64,000 bases of DNA, from positions 263,500,001 to 263,564,000 of the forward strand of contig OZ024743.1 in assembly GCA_964016885.1 (NCBI GenBank), written 5' to 3'. Made by a program: the position numbers and the translations under genes. The first letter of the stretch is position 1, and each line of letters starts with the position of its first letter. This document shows positions 12,046 through 23,873 of the stretch, piece by piece. The stretch comes from Eledone cirrhosa (lineage: Eukaryota). Below the pieces are notes generated by a model. It was not told the origin of the DNA, ran no database searches, and saw only the letters and a list, made by a program, of their open reading frames with translations.

Positions 12046-12046
<1 letters not shown>
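7856..12046 (-). mobile_element. R4/Dong-clade RLE non-LTR retrotransposon, family A, near full-length
   Basis: Single long ORF with RT, CCHC and restriction-like endonuclease; flanked by (TAA)n on its sense strand, the target established for Dong elements. Confidence 0.9.
8001..11651 (-). CDS. Dong/R4 polyprotein, 1216 aa (RT + CCHC + PD..D restriction-like endonuclease)
   Basis: WKSPGKD, NYRPITCL, WIDYKKAFDS, GIFKGDSLSP, YMDD, YKYLG, GGRGL, CRVC..ETIDHIISMC, RHD, RPDII, KLSKY; uninterrupted ORF. Confidence 0.9.
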   Translation of the reverse strand: MSNDKISYRIGRHPGKKGPRPSERNQTGVEKSANGSNLPITSELETSHNRNTPTVGPPCSPPRNPKKKREKWSREDNKEVLEAFYTAMYYPSNTSNTEQTYINWKKKHPENRGYIDSNKLANIRRNIVRKKLLTDIEIDQFKLLAQSQRRENETCVSENEVNCNTSNPRFGAESLTTEQIKERIEKVEGVHAQDETPNENNEIVNDKEMNENELANWKDEIMIEWMKMKESDMGERDTLPKIQNSKQNQKIIPKTNIILKNIIITNKLNITDLNHLYYASAKVTTHLCGVKMKKQRNSHKKSTWQENINRQINLLRSDIEMLTNYKVGEHVKPTKLRKLKRKYSIKSTSDIDMLIEIIKQKVSAKAARIRRFEKRSRFYKDNNMFKNNQRNFYRKIGKSTITAKSIPPKEGVQEFWEKIWAEEKVHNIHAPWIDRQMKDTAHLEEQIWENITVKQLRLALRKTSKWKSPGKDKIQNFWINAFTESHELLAQLYNEIVKEPEKIPSWLVNGITFLLPKNDETNNPNNYRPITCLTTMYEILTSVLTEYTYDHLITNDLFPIEQKGCKRGSYGCKHQVLVNKMILEDCHNRHKNLSIAWIDYKKAFDSLPHSWIEKCLEIFKISPVVRRFLSFSMKTWKTTLLLNSETKSLEAGEVNINCGIFKGDSLSPLLFCIALIPLSKMLNETKHGFKVYDKTINHLFYMDDLKLFAKNDEQLQGLLSTVKQFSDDIKIEFGLDKCAKVTFTRGKLLKSLDINLDRGNVIREIDQVETYKYLGVCEGDGIKHSTMRERIRKECYRRVRAILRTELNARNRIDAINTLAIPVVTYSYNVINWSSTEIRRLDTKIRKFLTMHRMHHPKADIDRIYLPRKEGGRGLIQLDIALKTATIGLSTYLRESHDWMIKLVLKHESIKRSYSITKDAQIYSNGLQISEVPFIAEMENTEKAKQVKLTAKEELLQKLAKKWQEKPLYGKYPERANNPDVDKTLTHQWFASSGLKSKTEGLIISAQDLCLPTKNYQAYIIKNGCSPLCRVCKKQPETIDHIISMCSPIAPTEYLNRHDRAAQCIHWIMCKHFDLLHQNNWWVHQPPPILEKDHISILWNFSIQTDRKIDENRPDIILNDFKMRVYLLIVMSVPIDKNVSIKTFEKLSKYKDLEIEIGKIWKLRSKTIPVVVGALGMIPKGSNDYLSQIPGNPRIGEIQKIVLMGTAHILRKILSI

Positions 12047-12096
<50 letters not shown>

Positions 12097-13269
12097 GTTC
12101 TTTGAGTCTCACTCATTAATGTTATTTAACTGGAAAGTTTGTTGAAATGAATATAAACCACTACCTGCAGCCTCAGATATTCAGGACGTATAGGAGGGTT
12201 TATGCTGTTCCCAGCAAGCATGCCTTTTGAAGTGTTCCAAAAAGCGGAGCGGGACCAATTTTCTTTAACCATCCTTGGAAACTCTTTGAGATAGTACCTA
12301 GTGTGCCTATGACAATCGGGACGACTCTGACTTCATGGCAGTTCCAAATCCTTTTTACCCCCCAATTTAAGTCCTGGTATCGGTTAATTTTCTCCCTCTC
12401 TTCTATTGCACTCTCGTGTCGAATGGGCAGGCCACAGCCACAATCAGGCACGATCTTTTTCCCTTGTCCAAAACCACCAGGTCAGGTCTATTGTCTTCCA
12501 GTTTCTTGTCCGTCTGTATCCTAAAATCCCACAGCACCTTCACCTGATCGTTTTCTATCACCGACTCTGGCTTATGCTCATACCACTTCTCAGAATGTGG
12601 TAAATTGTTTACTTTGCATAGGTGCCAGTGGATCACCCTGCCCATCACATAATGTCTCCAGCCTTTATAGTGAGTCTGGGCTAGGTGTTTACACTCGGAT
12701 ACAATGTGAGTAACAGTCTCCTCTCTCTCTTCACAGATATACACAGTGGACTGGCCTCCTCCTTGTCAATATGGTGTTTCAACCACTTCGTTTTGAGGGC
12801 CTGCTCTTGCGCAGCCATTAGCATTCCTTCTGTAGCCTTTTTAAGGTCTCCTCTTTTCAACCAGTTCCATGTCTGTGTATCTCTAAATTCAGTTTTCTCA
12901 AAGAAGGCACTACGAAGGGATTTTTCATGAAGGTTTCTCTGTCTCCTTGTTGTTATTTCCACCTTGGACATCCGCTGGTCTATTGTCCTCTCCTTCAGTC
13001 AATTCTGAGCATTGGCTCCCTACTATCAGTCACGTATTTGTGTAGGTTGTTTTTCTCCATCTGAACACAGTCCTCTATGCTGATAAGACCTCTTCCACCT
13101 TCAGATCTCCTTAAGTAGAGTCTATCGACATCACTCCTTTTGTGGAACATGTTGTAGATAGTCAACAGCTTTCTAGTCTTCTTATCCATTTCTTTTTGTT
13201 CAGCAACATTCCATCTCAGAATTCCCACACTGTACCTAATAATAGACACAGCTCTGGAATTTAATGCAC
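12097..13269 (-). mobile_element. 5'-truncated, degenerate R4/Dong element, family B
   Basis: Fragments RLYLRRSEGGRGL, EETVTHIVSEC, LWDFRIQTD..NRPDLVV, VVPIVIGTLG; 3'UTR unlike family A; (TAA)n on both sides. Confidence 0.85.
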
Positions 13270-13322
<53 letters not shown>

Positions 13323-13544
13323 GGCGACCTATGTAGTAAATCGTATCATCGTGAGCTCCGCAAAGGTTTGTTATTTCCGTTTGTTAAAAATTGCCATTTA
13401 TGGAAAATTTTTATTGCTAACCATATATAAGCGCACATACATTGTTTTCTGACATTGTTTTCTGAATAGGACACCCAAAAAGATTGGGGCCTTGTGCCCA
13501 AAATTTAAACTTTTATGATTATCAAAAAATTTCTTTGAAAAACA

Positions 13545-15526
13545 ATGGCTAATTCACCTCTGCACCAAGCAGCTGAAAGCCTTCCTCACAAATTAACACC
13601 TCACACCGACACCATCATTGTAAATGTTACTACGTTTGCCAACACTACAAAAAATATAAGCAGTAGCAATATTTTAAATTCGTCTCAGGCAGACATTCAT
13701 TTCCCGCCATTACCAATGACTGCAGGTGTTAAAGCCTCCACCACCACCACCACCACCACCGCGACAACCACCACCACCACCGCGACAACAGAAACAAAAG
13801 GAAAAAATAAATCAACTCGTGGTGACGAAAAAATTTCAACCAAAATGGACTCTTCCACTTCCACACCCAACACCACTGACGTCACCACCACCACAACTGA
13901 AACTAAAATTAATAATAACAAAAATAACGATAGCAACAACAACAACAATGACATTAAAAAACCACCCTGAGTTTTGCCAGAGTAGCAAAACAGTTCGAAG
14001 CATTTACGGTAACTCAGGAGGATTTAGAAAATGCCAAAGAAATGGTAAAGAAAGATGGGTACAGGGTCAGCCTCACCCCCCCACCTAATAAAATGGAGCA
14101 TCGGCGCCAATGCACCGTGTCGTATCGAACAATAAATGTAAAATCGCGCCGAGTGGAACGGGCATCCGAGTCCCAAATCCAAAAAGCTTTGGGGCATGTG
14201 TGGGCAAGAAAAACCCACATCAGACGTGGGCAGAAGTATGGAACCGTGGACGTGTTCTTTGAAACACCAGAGGAGGCTAGAGAACACTCCATGGCCCCAT
14301 TAAGAAGTGACGACTTCACACTCGTCCCAAGCTATTGTGGCCAGTGACTCGTAAAGATCAGGGTGACCCACGTTCCACCGGCCATCGAAATTCCCTGGCT
14401 AATAGCGGCCGTCCTCGCCGGCATCGAAGCCAACACAAAAATAATAGCAATAGCAAAAGAAAAGCAGGAGAACTGGTCCGGATCTGGGATGGAGCTCCTG
14501 ATCCAAGCGGACCAAAAAAGCATTGAGGAGATCCCAGAGGTAATAGACCTCACTGACGGCAGCCACCCCACCGTAATTGTCGAGGGCAGAAGGCCTAGGT
14601 GTGTCGTTTGTGGTGAAGGAACCCACCTAAGTGCTTTTTGCCCTCAGGCTAAAAGGTTGAGGTCACCTCTCCTACCCACCCCAGTGACACAACCATCAAC
14701 ACCACCAGTAGCAGAGATGGCAGCAACAAATGTAGCAGCAACAACAGAAGCAACTATAACAGCAACAACCCCAGCAACAGTAACAAAACCAACACCACCA
14801 CCACCACCCAACGCGCCAGAACTAGCACCAGCGCCTACACCATCCACCACGCTACAACCAAAACCAACGCCTGTTGAGGATTTTCCACTCTCCGACCTAT
14901 CGCAACCGGAGACAGATTCTGACGACGAGGAGTGGGAAACGGTATCAGGAAAAAATAAAAAAATAAAAAGAAGCCAAAAAAGAAGAAAAATCCTCTTCCT
15001 TCCCCCTCCAAAAACAAAATACAGAGGGAAACAAATAAACTATCAAACAAAAAAGTTAGGACAGCTATGCCACCATCCACACCAGCATCACCAACGCCAT
15101 CACCACAAACACCAACACCATCACCATCATTAACCCCAACGCCACCATTACTAACACCACAAATCACCAAAAAGCTAAACAGAAACAAACCCACAACAAA
15201 CGCAAACAAAACAAAACAACCAAAACGATACACACTATACAGAATTAAATTTGAACAACAAGCAATTATTACACTACATCCAACACAACACCATAATCAC
15301 AGAAAAAGACTACACAACAACCCAACAGTTCACACCACCTCCACACATACAAATCACTCGCATTACACAGAAAACGTACACGACACTAAAACAAAAATTC
15401 CCCAAAGACATCGGAGACTTCCGACAAGCACTCTCCAGGAGGATTTATAAGGACATCCTTCCGGAGGAGGCCACAAGCAGTGAAAAGGATGGAGAAACCA
15501 TCCTTCCTCTACGAGAAGTAAGGTAA
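13545..15526 (+). pseudogene. Tx1 copy 2 ORF1 plus C-terminal domain, fragmented
   Basis: CTVSYRTINVKSRRVERASESQIQKAL, YGTVDVFFETPEEA, LVPSYCGQ and the CCHC knuckle match copy 1 ORF1; stops and frameshifts. Confidence 0.8.
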
Positions 15527-15559
15527 GTGGTCTTTCCCATCTTTTCCACTCCATTTCAA

Positions 15560-18538
15560 CATGGTGCTGGACGTGACCAGCGGAGACGGACAAACTTTTA
15601 GGCTAGTGGCCGTCTATGCCCCGGCAGGAGCAGGGCGGCCTGATTTCTTCCGGCGTCTGGAGACCTTTCTTGGAACGTGTTAGTGTTAGTGGGCGACTGG
15701 AACGGGATCTTAGGTGCACGCTGGGACTGTGTGGGATTAGCGGATAGGAGAGGAGGGTGCAAGAGCCTCACAAACCTGCTCAGGCGTTTTGAACTGTCTG
15801 AGAGGTACCGATTGGATTTCCCGAATGTGCCAATGTGGACTTGAACAAATCGCATAGGGTCATCGAGATCATATCTAGATAGAGTATTTTGTAGGGAAAT
15901 AGATGGGTCTAGCATAGGCTGTCCACAATTCAAGATAGTCAGCTACACGGACCACAAATTCGTGATCTGTGTGCTTGACTTAGATAGGCTTCATAGACGA
16001 GGACCCGGCTACTGGAAGCTAAACGCGTCCTTACCAGCGCGCAAGGCCTACAGAGACCGGATTAGCGATAGTCAAGCGAGTGTTGACGGGGGCCATCGTC
16101 AATAACAAGTGGTGGTTTGCTCTGAAAAGAGCGATAAGAATAGAGTCCATTAGGTTTAGTAAGGCTTTAGCTATAGAGAAAAATAGAGCAGAGGGAGAAT
16201 TAGTTAGATAATTAGACGAGGCGCTTAGCAAAGGCATCGCGATTGACGTACTTGCGGCGAAATTGGCCCTTGACCAATTCTTCATTGCAAAGCACGAAGG
16301 CTGCGTTGTTACAACTAGGGTGCGTGCTCTCAGACACGAGGGGACGAAAGCCGTTCAATGGGCCGAGTGGCGGAGGCGCGTCGTGGCAACAAAGCCACGA
16401 TCCGGTCTTCGGTGGACCACGACGGGCACATGCTACTCGATCCCGGGCATATGTGTGAAGCTTTTCAGCGACACTTCGCTCAGCTGTTCGGGGGCAGCTG
16501 CGGGCCGGATCGAGGTGTAAATCGCCTGGTTTGGATGGTCTTCCCTATGAACTTTACGTACAGATGCCAGACTTGTTCGGCGGCCTCTTGGCGGATGTCT
16601 ACTGCAACTGGCAACAGAACGGGAGAACTCACAGCTCTGTGAGCCGAGGAGCTGTGGCGCTGCTGAGAAAGGATCCGAACAAGGGAGATACATAGATAAT
16701 TTCAGGCTCATAACACTGCTAAACACAGAGTTCAAGATTTTGGCCAAGGTGCTAGCAAAGAGGTTGGCGCTTGTCGTTGGTGGTCTGGTGGGAGAGGCGC
16801 AGACATGCGCCATTCCCGACAGATCCATCCCCGACAACCTCGATACACCCACGATAGAGAGGGTAGCTAAGGAACCTGGCACGGGTGGGTCCTTGATCAA
16901 TTTAGATCAGTCGAAAGCTTTCGATAGGGTCGGGCATCGTTACCTAGCAGCAGTCCTGAGGGCGGCTGGCTTTGGGCCCGTCTTTAGAGGCTGGATCGCT
17001 GCCATGCACAGCGACATCTGCTCTGTGGTGAGAGTGAACGGTCACCTTTCGGAACCGCTCAACATCATGCGCTCTGTCCGCCAAGGTTGTCGCCTCTCGT
17101 CGCTCTTGTACGCATTGACTCTCGAGCCATTACTGTACAAACTGGAGACGTTGAGGAGGATCCCGCGAAAACTAGGATGCGGAAGAACCGTGTTAGCATA
17201 TGTGGACGATGTCACCGTAGTGGTGTCGAACGTCAAACACATCGAGGCGATCGGCACTACACTAAGAGAATACGAAGCGGTGACAGGAGCAATGATCAAC
17301 CAGGAAAAGTCAGTGGGCCTGCAGCTCGGCACCTGGAGAGGCAGGTTCATGTCCAACAGCGTCGTCGAGCGCTGGACGTACGGACCGGTTAAATTGCTAA
17401 GGTTCTGGTTCGGTCCCAACCACCAGACGGACAAAAAACTGGGACGAGGTGACGAGCAGGGTGGCTTCACTCATCCAGAAATGGGCGGAGAGGAAGCTAT
17501 CCCTGAAAGGTCGAGCGGAGGTAGCTAACGCGTACATCGCGTCCGTCATCTACTACCGCCTGACCGTCATACCTTGTCCTAAGCCCGGCCTGACTGCGCT
17601 GGAGCGTTTGCTCTTTCGCTTTTTGTGGAAGGGACGCGCTCCGATGGTCAGGCGGTCCTTCTGCTGTCAACACCCGCTACGTGGATGCGCAGACACGCGC
17701 TCAGGCTACGACATCTCCACCTCTTCCTCGACGGTGGTCAGGTGTGGTCGCCGTTTGCTAGACACGTCTTTCCCCAGCTCGTCTCCTTGACGGAGCTGCA
17801 GTCCTGGGTCAAGCGAAGACCGAGAGGGAGCGCTTGGAGACTGGAAGTCTTCAGGCGCTCACAGCCCTCGAGCAATCGGGGAATGTGATCGGTGGAAACT
17901 CCACCTCGGCGTTCTATAGAGGATTAGTGGAGGGGAAGAGCGACGACGTACTTGAAGAAACTCTAGGCGTCGACGAAAATCAACTAGCCAATCTCTTCGG
18001 AAGGACTTTCGGGCCGGGGCCTATGGACAACTTCCAGAAATCCCTGGCCTGGCAGTGCTACCGAGGAGCTTTGCCAGTTCGGGATAAACTCTACAGGCAT
18101 GGAGGTGCCGTCAGCCGGGCATGTCCGAGATGCGCGCAGGGCGGCGAAACCGTCCTGCATGTACTCGTCCAGTGTCCGAGCGTTGCTGACTTGTGGGTTT
18201 ATGTCGAACACCTGCTGTCACGTGTAGGACGGATCCGGCTATCAGCTGAGTCCATCGTGAGGATTGCCCCGCCCTCTTCCTTTAGCCGGGAAGGGCAGAC
18301 AGTTTTTATGTATCTGGTGGCCATGGCGAAAGAGATAGTATGGTGGACACGTTTGAAAGGGCTGAAGACGAGCACTTACCTCTTCGGTGATGCCCTGATT
18401 AACTTTTTCAAATTTCATTTGAAAAGGAAAATCAGGGTAGAGAGGGAAGTGCTCTCTTCCCAGCATTTTGTTGAAAGATGGGTGAGAGAAGCAAGTATGG
18501 CCCGAGTGAATGGGCCTACTCTGAGTATGTGTCTGTAA
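15560..18538 (+). pseudogene. Tx1 copy 2 ORF2 (APE-RT), with internal deletions
   Basis: LDQSKAFDRV, RQGCRLS, YVDD, CCHC; lacks ~280 bp of the EN N-terminus and a segment before the RT relative to copy 1. Confidence 0.85.
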
Positions 18539-18821
18539 ATTAAAGGTGGAAAACTGGGAGAGGGCACTTGCCCTGGTGGTCAGGGTCACTGTGGCCTTTT
18601 AATGGGCTTTTTCCACAAATATCCCTCGGAAGTCTCCCCCCTATTGGGTAATTTTTCATTGTTAATTTTTGTTACATCCTGTTTTTATTTTTTTTTACAC
18701 GCAGAAATGCCCATTTGTACCGTCCTGTATTGTCCTGTACTGTCCTTAATGTCTACTTTATGTAAACCCTTGTGGTTAATAAAGAAAGCATTATTATTAT
18801 TATTATTATTATTATCATTAT

Positions 18822-19040
18822 TTATACAGAGTGTTTTCACTGAACGACCGAGCGCTTATCCGTAGGCCTGAGCCTTGGGCATGTGCAAGTGGTTTGGTTT
18901 AGTTTTTATAACATCCATTGAATAATATGCGTGCAATATCTTATTGAACTCTATCTGTTGTACTTTCCCGGGGTTTGTCAACATGTTTTTAATCGTTCTC
19001 AAGATACCTCTTATTATCCGAGTTGTTTCTGTTTTCATGA
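18822..19040 (-). mobile_element. Old, degraded Dong/R4-like 3' fragment
   Basis: Minus-strand KTETTRIIRGILRTI...PG...KILHAY resembles the RLE C-terminus KTIPVVVGALGMI...PG...QKI..AHIL; abuts (ATT)n. Confidence 0.4.
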
Positions 19041-19399
19041 GCCATATGTATGAATGAAAGTTTCCTTAACCAACCCTCTCCTCCCTTCAAATATACAATA
19101 TACACCAACTCTCTCGATCTACTTCACTTTCACTCACATACTTTCAGTAACTCACTCTTTCTTATATCCTCTCTTCTTTCCTCATTCTTTCTACACACAA
19201 ACTCACATATAAAAATGCATATCTATATTATATATAATAAATAGATTCCCGAGTTGTGATGGAGGGTAATGACAGTTAAAAAAGTATTCAATGCATTGGT
19301 AGAGTATAAGTATCTTTCAAACGAATGAAACAGCTCTAGACCTGTAGAAGTCATTTCTATATATAATAAAGATATATGTAAATGTATATATACTATCTA

Positions 19400-19438
<39 letters not shown>

Positions 19439-19520
19439 TATGTAAATGTGTGTATATACACACACACACGCACACGCACGCACACACACACACACTCACA
19501 CACATATATATATATATACG

Positions 19521-19596
19521 CAGTGTGTCCCAAAAATTGTATACAACTTCAACAGCATTCTAATCAAAGTGTGTATACATTTATGGGGACACCCTG
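19521..19596. mobile_element. 76-bp Tc1/mariner-type mini-MITE
   Basis: ~25-bp imperfect TIRs CAGTGTGTCCCAAAAATTGTATACA / TGTATACATTTATGGGGACACCCTG; TA on the right flank. Confidence 0.6.
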
Positions 19597-20014
19597 TATA
19601 TACACTAAAGTTGTGAATGTATATTATTACTGTCAGTGTTTAGCGTAGTTTTAGTGAAAGCAATAAATGTTTCGATTTATGTACAGTTAAACACAGGCCA
19701 CTTTGTTTAAGATATCTTTCAGTACACTTTAATAACTGGAAATCTCTTTATCTTATAATTACGGAAAAATCCTTTCTAACCTTTCATGGAAGAGAGATAA
19801 TGTAGCATATGTGGATCTGTCGAAAACCTGTCCGATATTGTTATTTTTTTTTTCGGGGGAATGACGTTAAGGAGAAAATAGTGAGTAGAGTAGAGTCGCA
19901 TACGTTCATGCCTAAGTGTAGATTTTGGCGCTGTATTTGGGTGCGTCAGTCACTATCAAGCATCCAGCATGTAATGTGCTGTATACTTATTCGTCGCATT
20001 TCCATTTCGCCCGA

Positions 20015-20313
20015 TATTGCCAACAAGACTTCTGAGTTTGTGAATACCGTGATAACTGGAGATGAAATGTGGGTGTTCAGGTATGACTCTGAAACAAGAG
20101 TTCAGTCATCACAATGGAAGCAGCCATTCACCAATGCCCCCAAACCCCCAAATCACGTCATATGCAGAACAAAATCGAAATGATGCTGACTGTTTTTTTT
20201 TCGAATATCGAGGGTTGTGCATCATAAATACATACAACAGTGCGAACAATTATGAAGGAGTAATATTCGGAAGTCCTGTGGCGCCTTCGTAATGCAGTTC
20301 GACGCAAAAGACC
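20015..20313 (+). pseudogene. Mariner transposase fragment
   Basis: VITGDEMWVFRYDSETRVQSSQW, then frameshifted MLTVFF...EVLWRLRNAVRRKRP, typical of the mariner catalytic domain. Confidence 0.8.
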
Positions 20314-20567
20314 TGTAGGCCTTGCAGGTTCCCTGCTCCCCAGACTTATGACATTTTTGTAAGCCGAGAGGACAACATATGGACTGTGGCGGTATAGAGG
20401 AGAATGATTATGGAAGAAGAATCCCAGGTGTGCTTCGTTCAGTTAAAGCATCCCTACACTAAACGTGAAGAGACACAAGAGTCATACTTCGAACTGGAGC
20501 GGCAATAAAACCTTACCAAGTATATAATTATGTCTTTCCTAGCTCAAAGTCGGATACATCTTCGACA
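20314..20567 (+). mobile_element. Solo LTR, 254 bp, interrupting the mariner fragment
   Basis: TGTAG...CGACA termini; 4-bp TSD GACC (20310-20313 and 20568-20571); internal AATAAA. Confidence 0.6.
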
Positions 20568-20968
20568 GACCTCGTAAGGTCAGCAATCATAAACGTTTAT
20601 GGCTTCAGTTTACTTGCGAACTTTACTTAGTATGTAATATATCTTGAATTCTTACAAATTGTATTTTCATCACATTCAATTTTGACTTATTTATTTCGCA
20701 ATTTAAAAATGTTTCTTCAATCAACTGCTTTGTTTACACTTCTAGCTACAGACTTAAACAAAAACGTTATTAGTTTCGGGCCGCTCTTTAGTGTAATGGT
20801 TAACGCACAAACTCGGCATGTTTGGTTCAATTCCTCGCAGTGTTTAATTTTTTCCGTTTCCATGGGTACGTCACCCGATTTTCTCAGCTATTATTCATAG
20901 TGATCGATTATGATTATGATAATTTTCCTTAGGACACACAAACACACACATACTCACACACACATATT

Positions 20969-21016
<48 letters not shown>

Positions 21017-21262
21017 AATACTTGTACGTATGTGTCTATATATGTGTATGCTTAAACTTTAATCTGTTATTTTAATAAATATTTGCTCTACGGTTCTTAT
21101 ATATTTGATATATATTTATCCTTATCGAGCCCTCTTCGGATTTTAGTCTTCAAATTTATTATTATTACTATATATATATGTATATATATATATATATAAT
21201 ATTTGCATATGATATGTATATTTGTATGTGTTTATATACATATATATATATATTTTTACCCA

Positions 21263-21374
<112 letters not shown>

Positions 21375-21471
21375 CATACATAATATCTATCTATCTATCT
21401 ATCTAAGGCGGGTAAAATTCCCGAGATCCATGGACGAGTTCTCTCCAGCGGTCTCTGTCCCTCATTATCGC

Positions 21472-21541
<70 letters not shown>

Positions 21542-21706
21542 CCAAAAGTTAAGCAGGGTTCATTGATTAATCAATGAATATAGTTTTACAATAGATTAGA
21601 AGCACTCAACAAAAAGGTTTTCTGAATTTATTAATATTAATTCAAAATATTGCCAAGACTGGAATTGAACCATCAGCACAGTTGAGGTATGTCATACATC
21701 AATTTA

Positions 21707-21776
21707 TATATTTTATCTGATGAGGGCGTACTGAGGAAACAGCACAGTACCTCCGAAATATATATAATAAAATATA
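21707..21776 (+). ncRNA. Type-I hammerhead ribozyme with palindromic stem III (Penelope/retrozyme-like)
   Basis: Stem I TATATTTTAT/ATAAAATATA; CTGATGA at 21717; stem II GGGcGTACTG/CAGTACcTCC; GAAA; palindrome ATATATAT; AUA cleavage triplet. Confidence 0.75.
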
Positions 21777-22666
21777 TTTGATTACATAAATGTCTATATT
21801 TATTAATATTTTGAATTAATATATATATATATATATATATATAGGTTAACACAAATCAATATATTTGATAAACACAAATATCCTCATATTTATGTTTGTA
21901 TTGTAAATGACCAAGTTAGCTAGATAGAAATATACTAATAATAATATTACAGTTTGCCTATCGTGACTTAAGATAATACATCATAAATCAACAAAAACAA
22001 ATTGTATTGGCAATGGCCGTAGTGCTTGGACAAATTTAAATTTCAAAATCAAACCTGTTCCGTAGACAGGTTTAAACCTTAAAATCCAAATATGTTTCGA
22101 ATAATGAAAAAGTGGAAGAAAATACCGCATTTTGATCTCCTCAGCAAGCACTATAAAAATTGGTATGTTCCACTTCAAAATATTTAGGAAGACTGTTTAG
22201 CGCACGAGGTAACCTCATGCGGTTATCCAGTGTCTAGCTAGCCACATACTCGTGCTGCTAGAAATAACAGCCGTTTGTATGGGGCTAAAATCAGCTCAAC
22301 GAAGGAGCAGTGAAAAGTCAATAATAATGATATATATATACAATAATAATATATATATATATATGTATATAATATGAAAATGCGAAGTAGTTTCAGATGT
22401 TAAAATCCTTTATTGAAGTCAATGACGACAGTGGCCACACAATTCCGTATACCTAATGCCATGACCTCAATAGACAGCTTCTTACATAATAAGGTTACGT
22501 TCTCGAGGCAATCCAAATTGAAACGACAAGGGAATGGACAAAGAGGGTGCTCCTGAATCGTTTGCCCGGTCCCTTGTGAGTCCCAATTCACCTCCACAGC
22601 TTTGTGCAGGCGAAATGTGAAGGAAGTTGACCATCTAACTACTACCCCAAAACACAACGAAACTAG

Positions 22667-22746
<80 letters not shown>

Positions 22747-23178
22747 TAGGTATGTATAGGTGCATATACATTGGAGTATGTATACATACAAAGAATCACC
22801 GATGTAGACAGAGATGCACACATACACACGCACAATTAGTTACATGCGATGTCTTAGTACAGAAGTACAAATATACAAATGTAATTATAATCATTTAAAT
22901 GATGAATAACAGTTTTGGAAACGAAAAAATATTAATTACGCAAATGATAAATGAGAAGAAATATTTATCTAAAATCTTACTCATAAATAATTAAAGCATA
23001 ATTATCGCAATATATATTTTCTAATTTAATTTTCCACTAGTTTTGAACGTTTTAAATGATATATTATTGAAAGTTGAAAATCCACACACACAAGCACACA
23101 GATGCCAGTATGGTTGTTTACGCCAAAAAATTGCACATGTGCGAAGATACCACATTCATATATATATATGTATATACA

Positions 23179-23238
<60 letters not shown>

Positions 23239-23440
23239 ACGAGTACATGTACCTTCCTCTCTTTTTTTATATATCTCTATGTGACATTATATGCATATTT
23301 TAATGCATTTTAATATATCGTAAATTTATTTTATTGTTTTTATATGTGTATATGCGTAGACGTGTGCGTATGTATATGTACATGTGTGTGTGTGTGTATG
23401 TAGATATATATATATATCTGTGTGTGTATCTATGTACATA

Positions 23441-23519
<79 letters not shown>

Positions 23520-23730
23520 ATATATGTGTATATGTATGTGTGTGTATATATGTGTATGTATATATATATGTATATATTACGTGAATGTGTATGGATGTAT
23601 TGTATATTTATTTTATCGTATATTTATTTTATTATATATCTATTCTACTGTATTTTTATTTTATTTTATTGTACGTTGTATATTTATTTTATTGTTTCTA
23701 TATGTGCGTATATGTGTATGCGTATGTGTC

Positions 23731-23766
<36 letters not shown>

Positions 23767-23815
23767 AATAAAATAACAGGAGGCTGGACTGGTGTAAATC
23801 CTTGAAAAGTTTATT

Positions 23816-23873
23816 ATACTATGATCATTTCAATGACCGGGTTCCGTATGAATCCGGTGATATCATCAGGTAT
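23816..23873 (-). ncRNA. Type-I hammerhead-like ribozyme in a Penelope-like pLTR remnant
   Basis: Minus strand: ATAC-CTGATGA-stem II (tATcACCGGaTTC/GAAcCCGGTcATt)-GAA-ATGATCAT-A-GTAT, followed by AATAAA and (TA)n. Confidence 0.6.

Larger units (their letters stand above)
13323..18789 (+). mobile_element. Tx1/L1-clade element, copy 2 (divergent 5'UTR/ORF1, near-identical ORF2/3'UTR, degenerate)
   Basis: ORF1 fragments with CVVCGEGTHLSAFC knuckle; ORF2 and 3'UTR align almost base-for-base with copy 1 apart from deletions; (ATT)n flanks. Confidence 0.9.

Noticed and set aside
2122-18600. Antisense and alternate-frame ORFs within the retrotransposons
   Set aside because: They are shadows of the real ORFs or of trinucleotide tracts; their recurrence reflects copy identity only.
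19250-19350. Possible third hammerhead (GAAACAGCTCTAGACC)
   Set aside because: There is no CUGANGA box and the palindrome is broken; at best a decayed relic.
21085-21145. Minus-strand CCGAAGAGGGCTC hammerhead-like start
   Set aside because: The core is mutated and no correctly placed GAAA or stem I was found.
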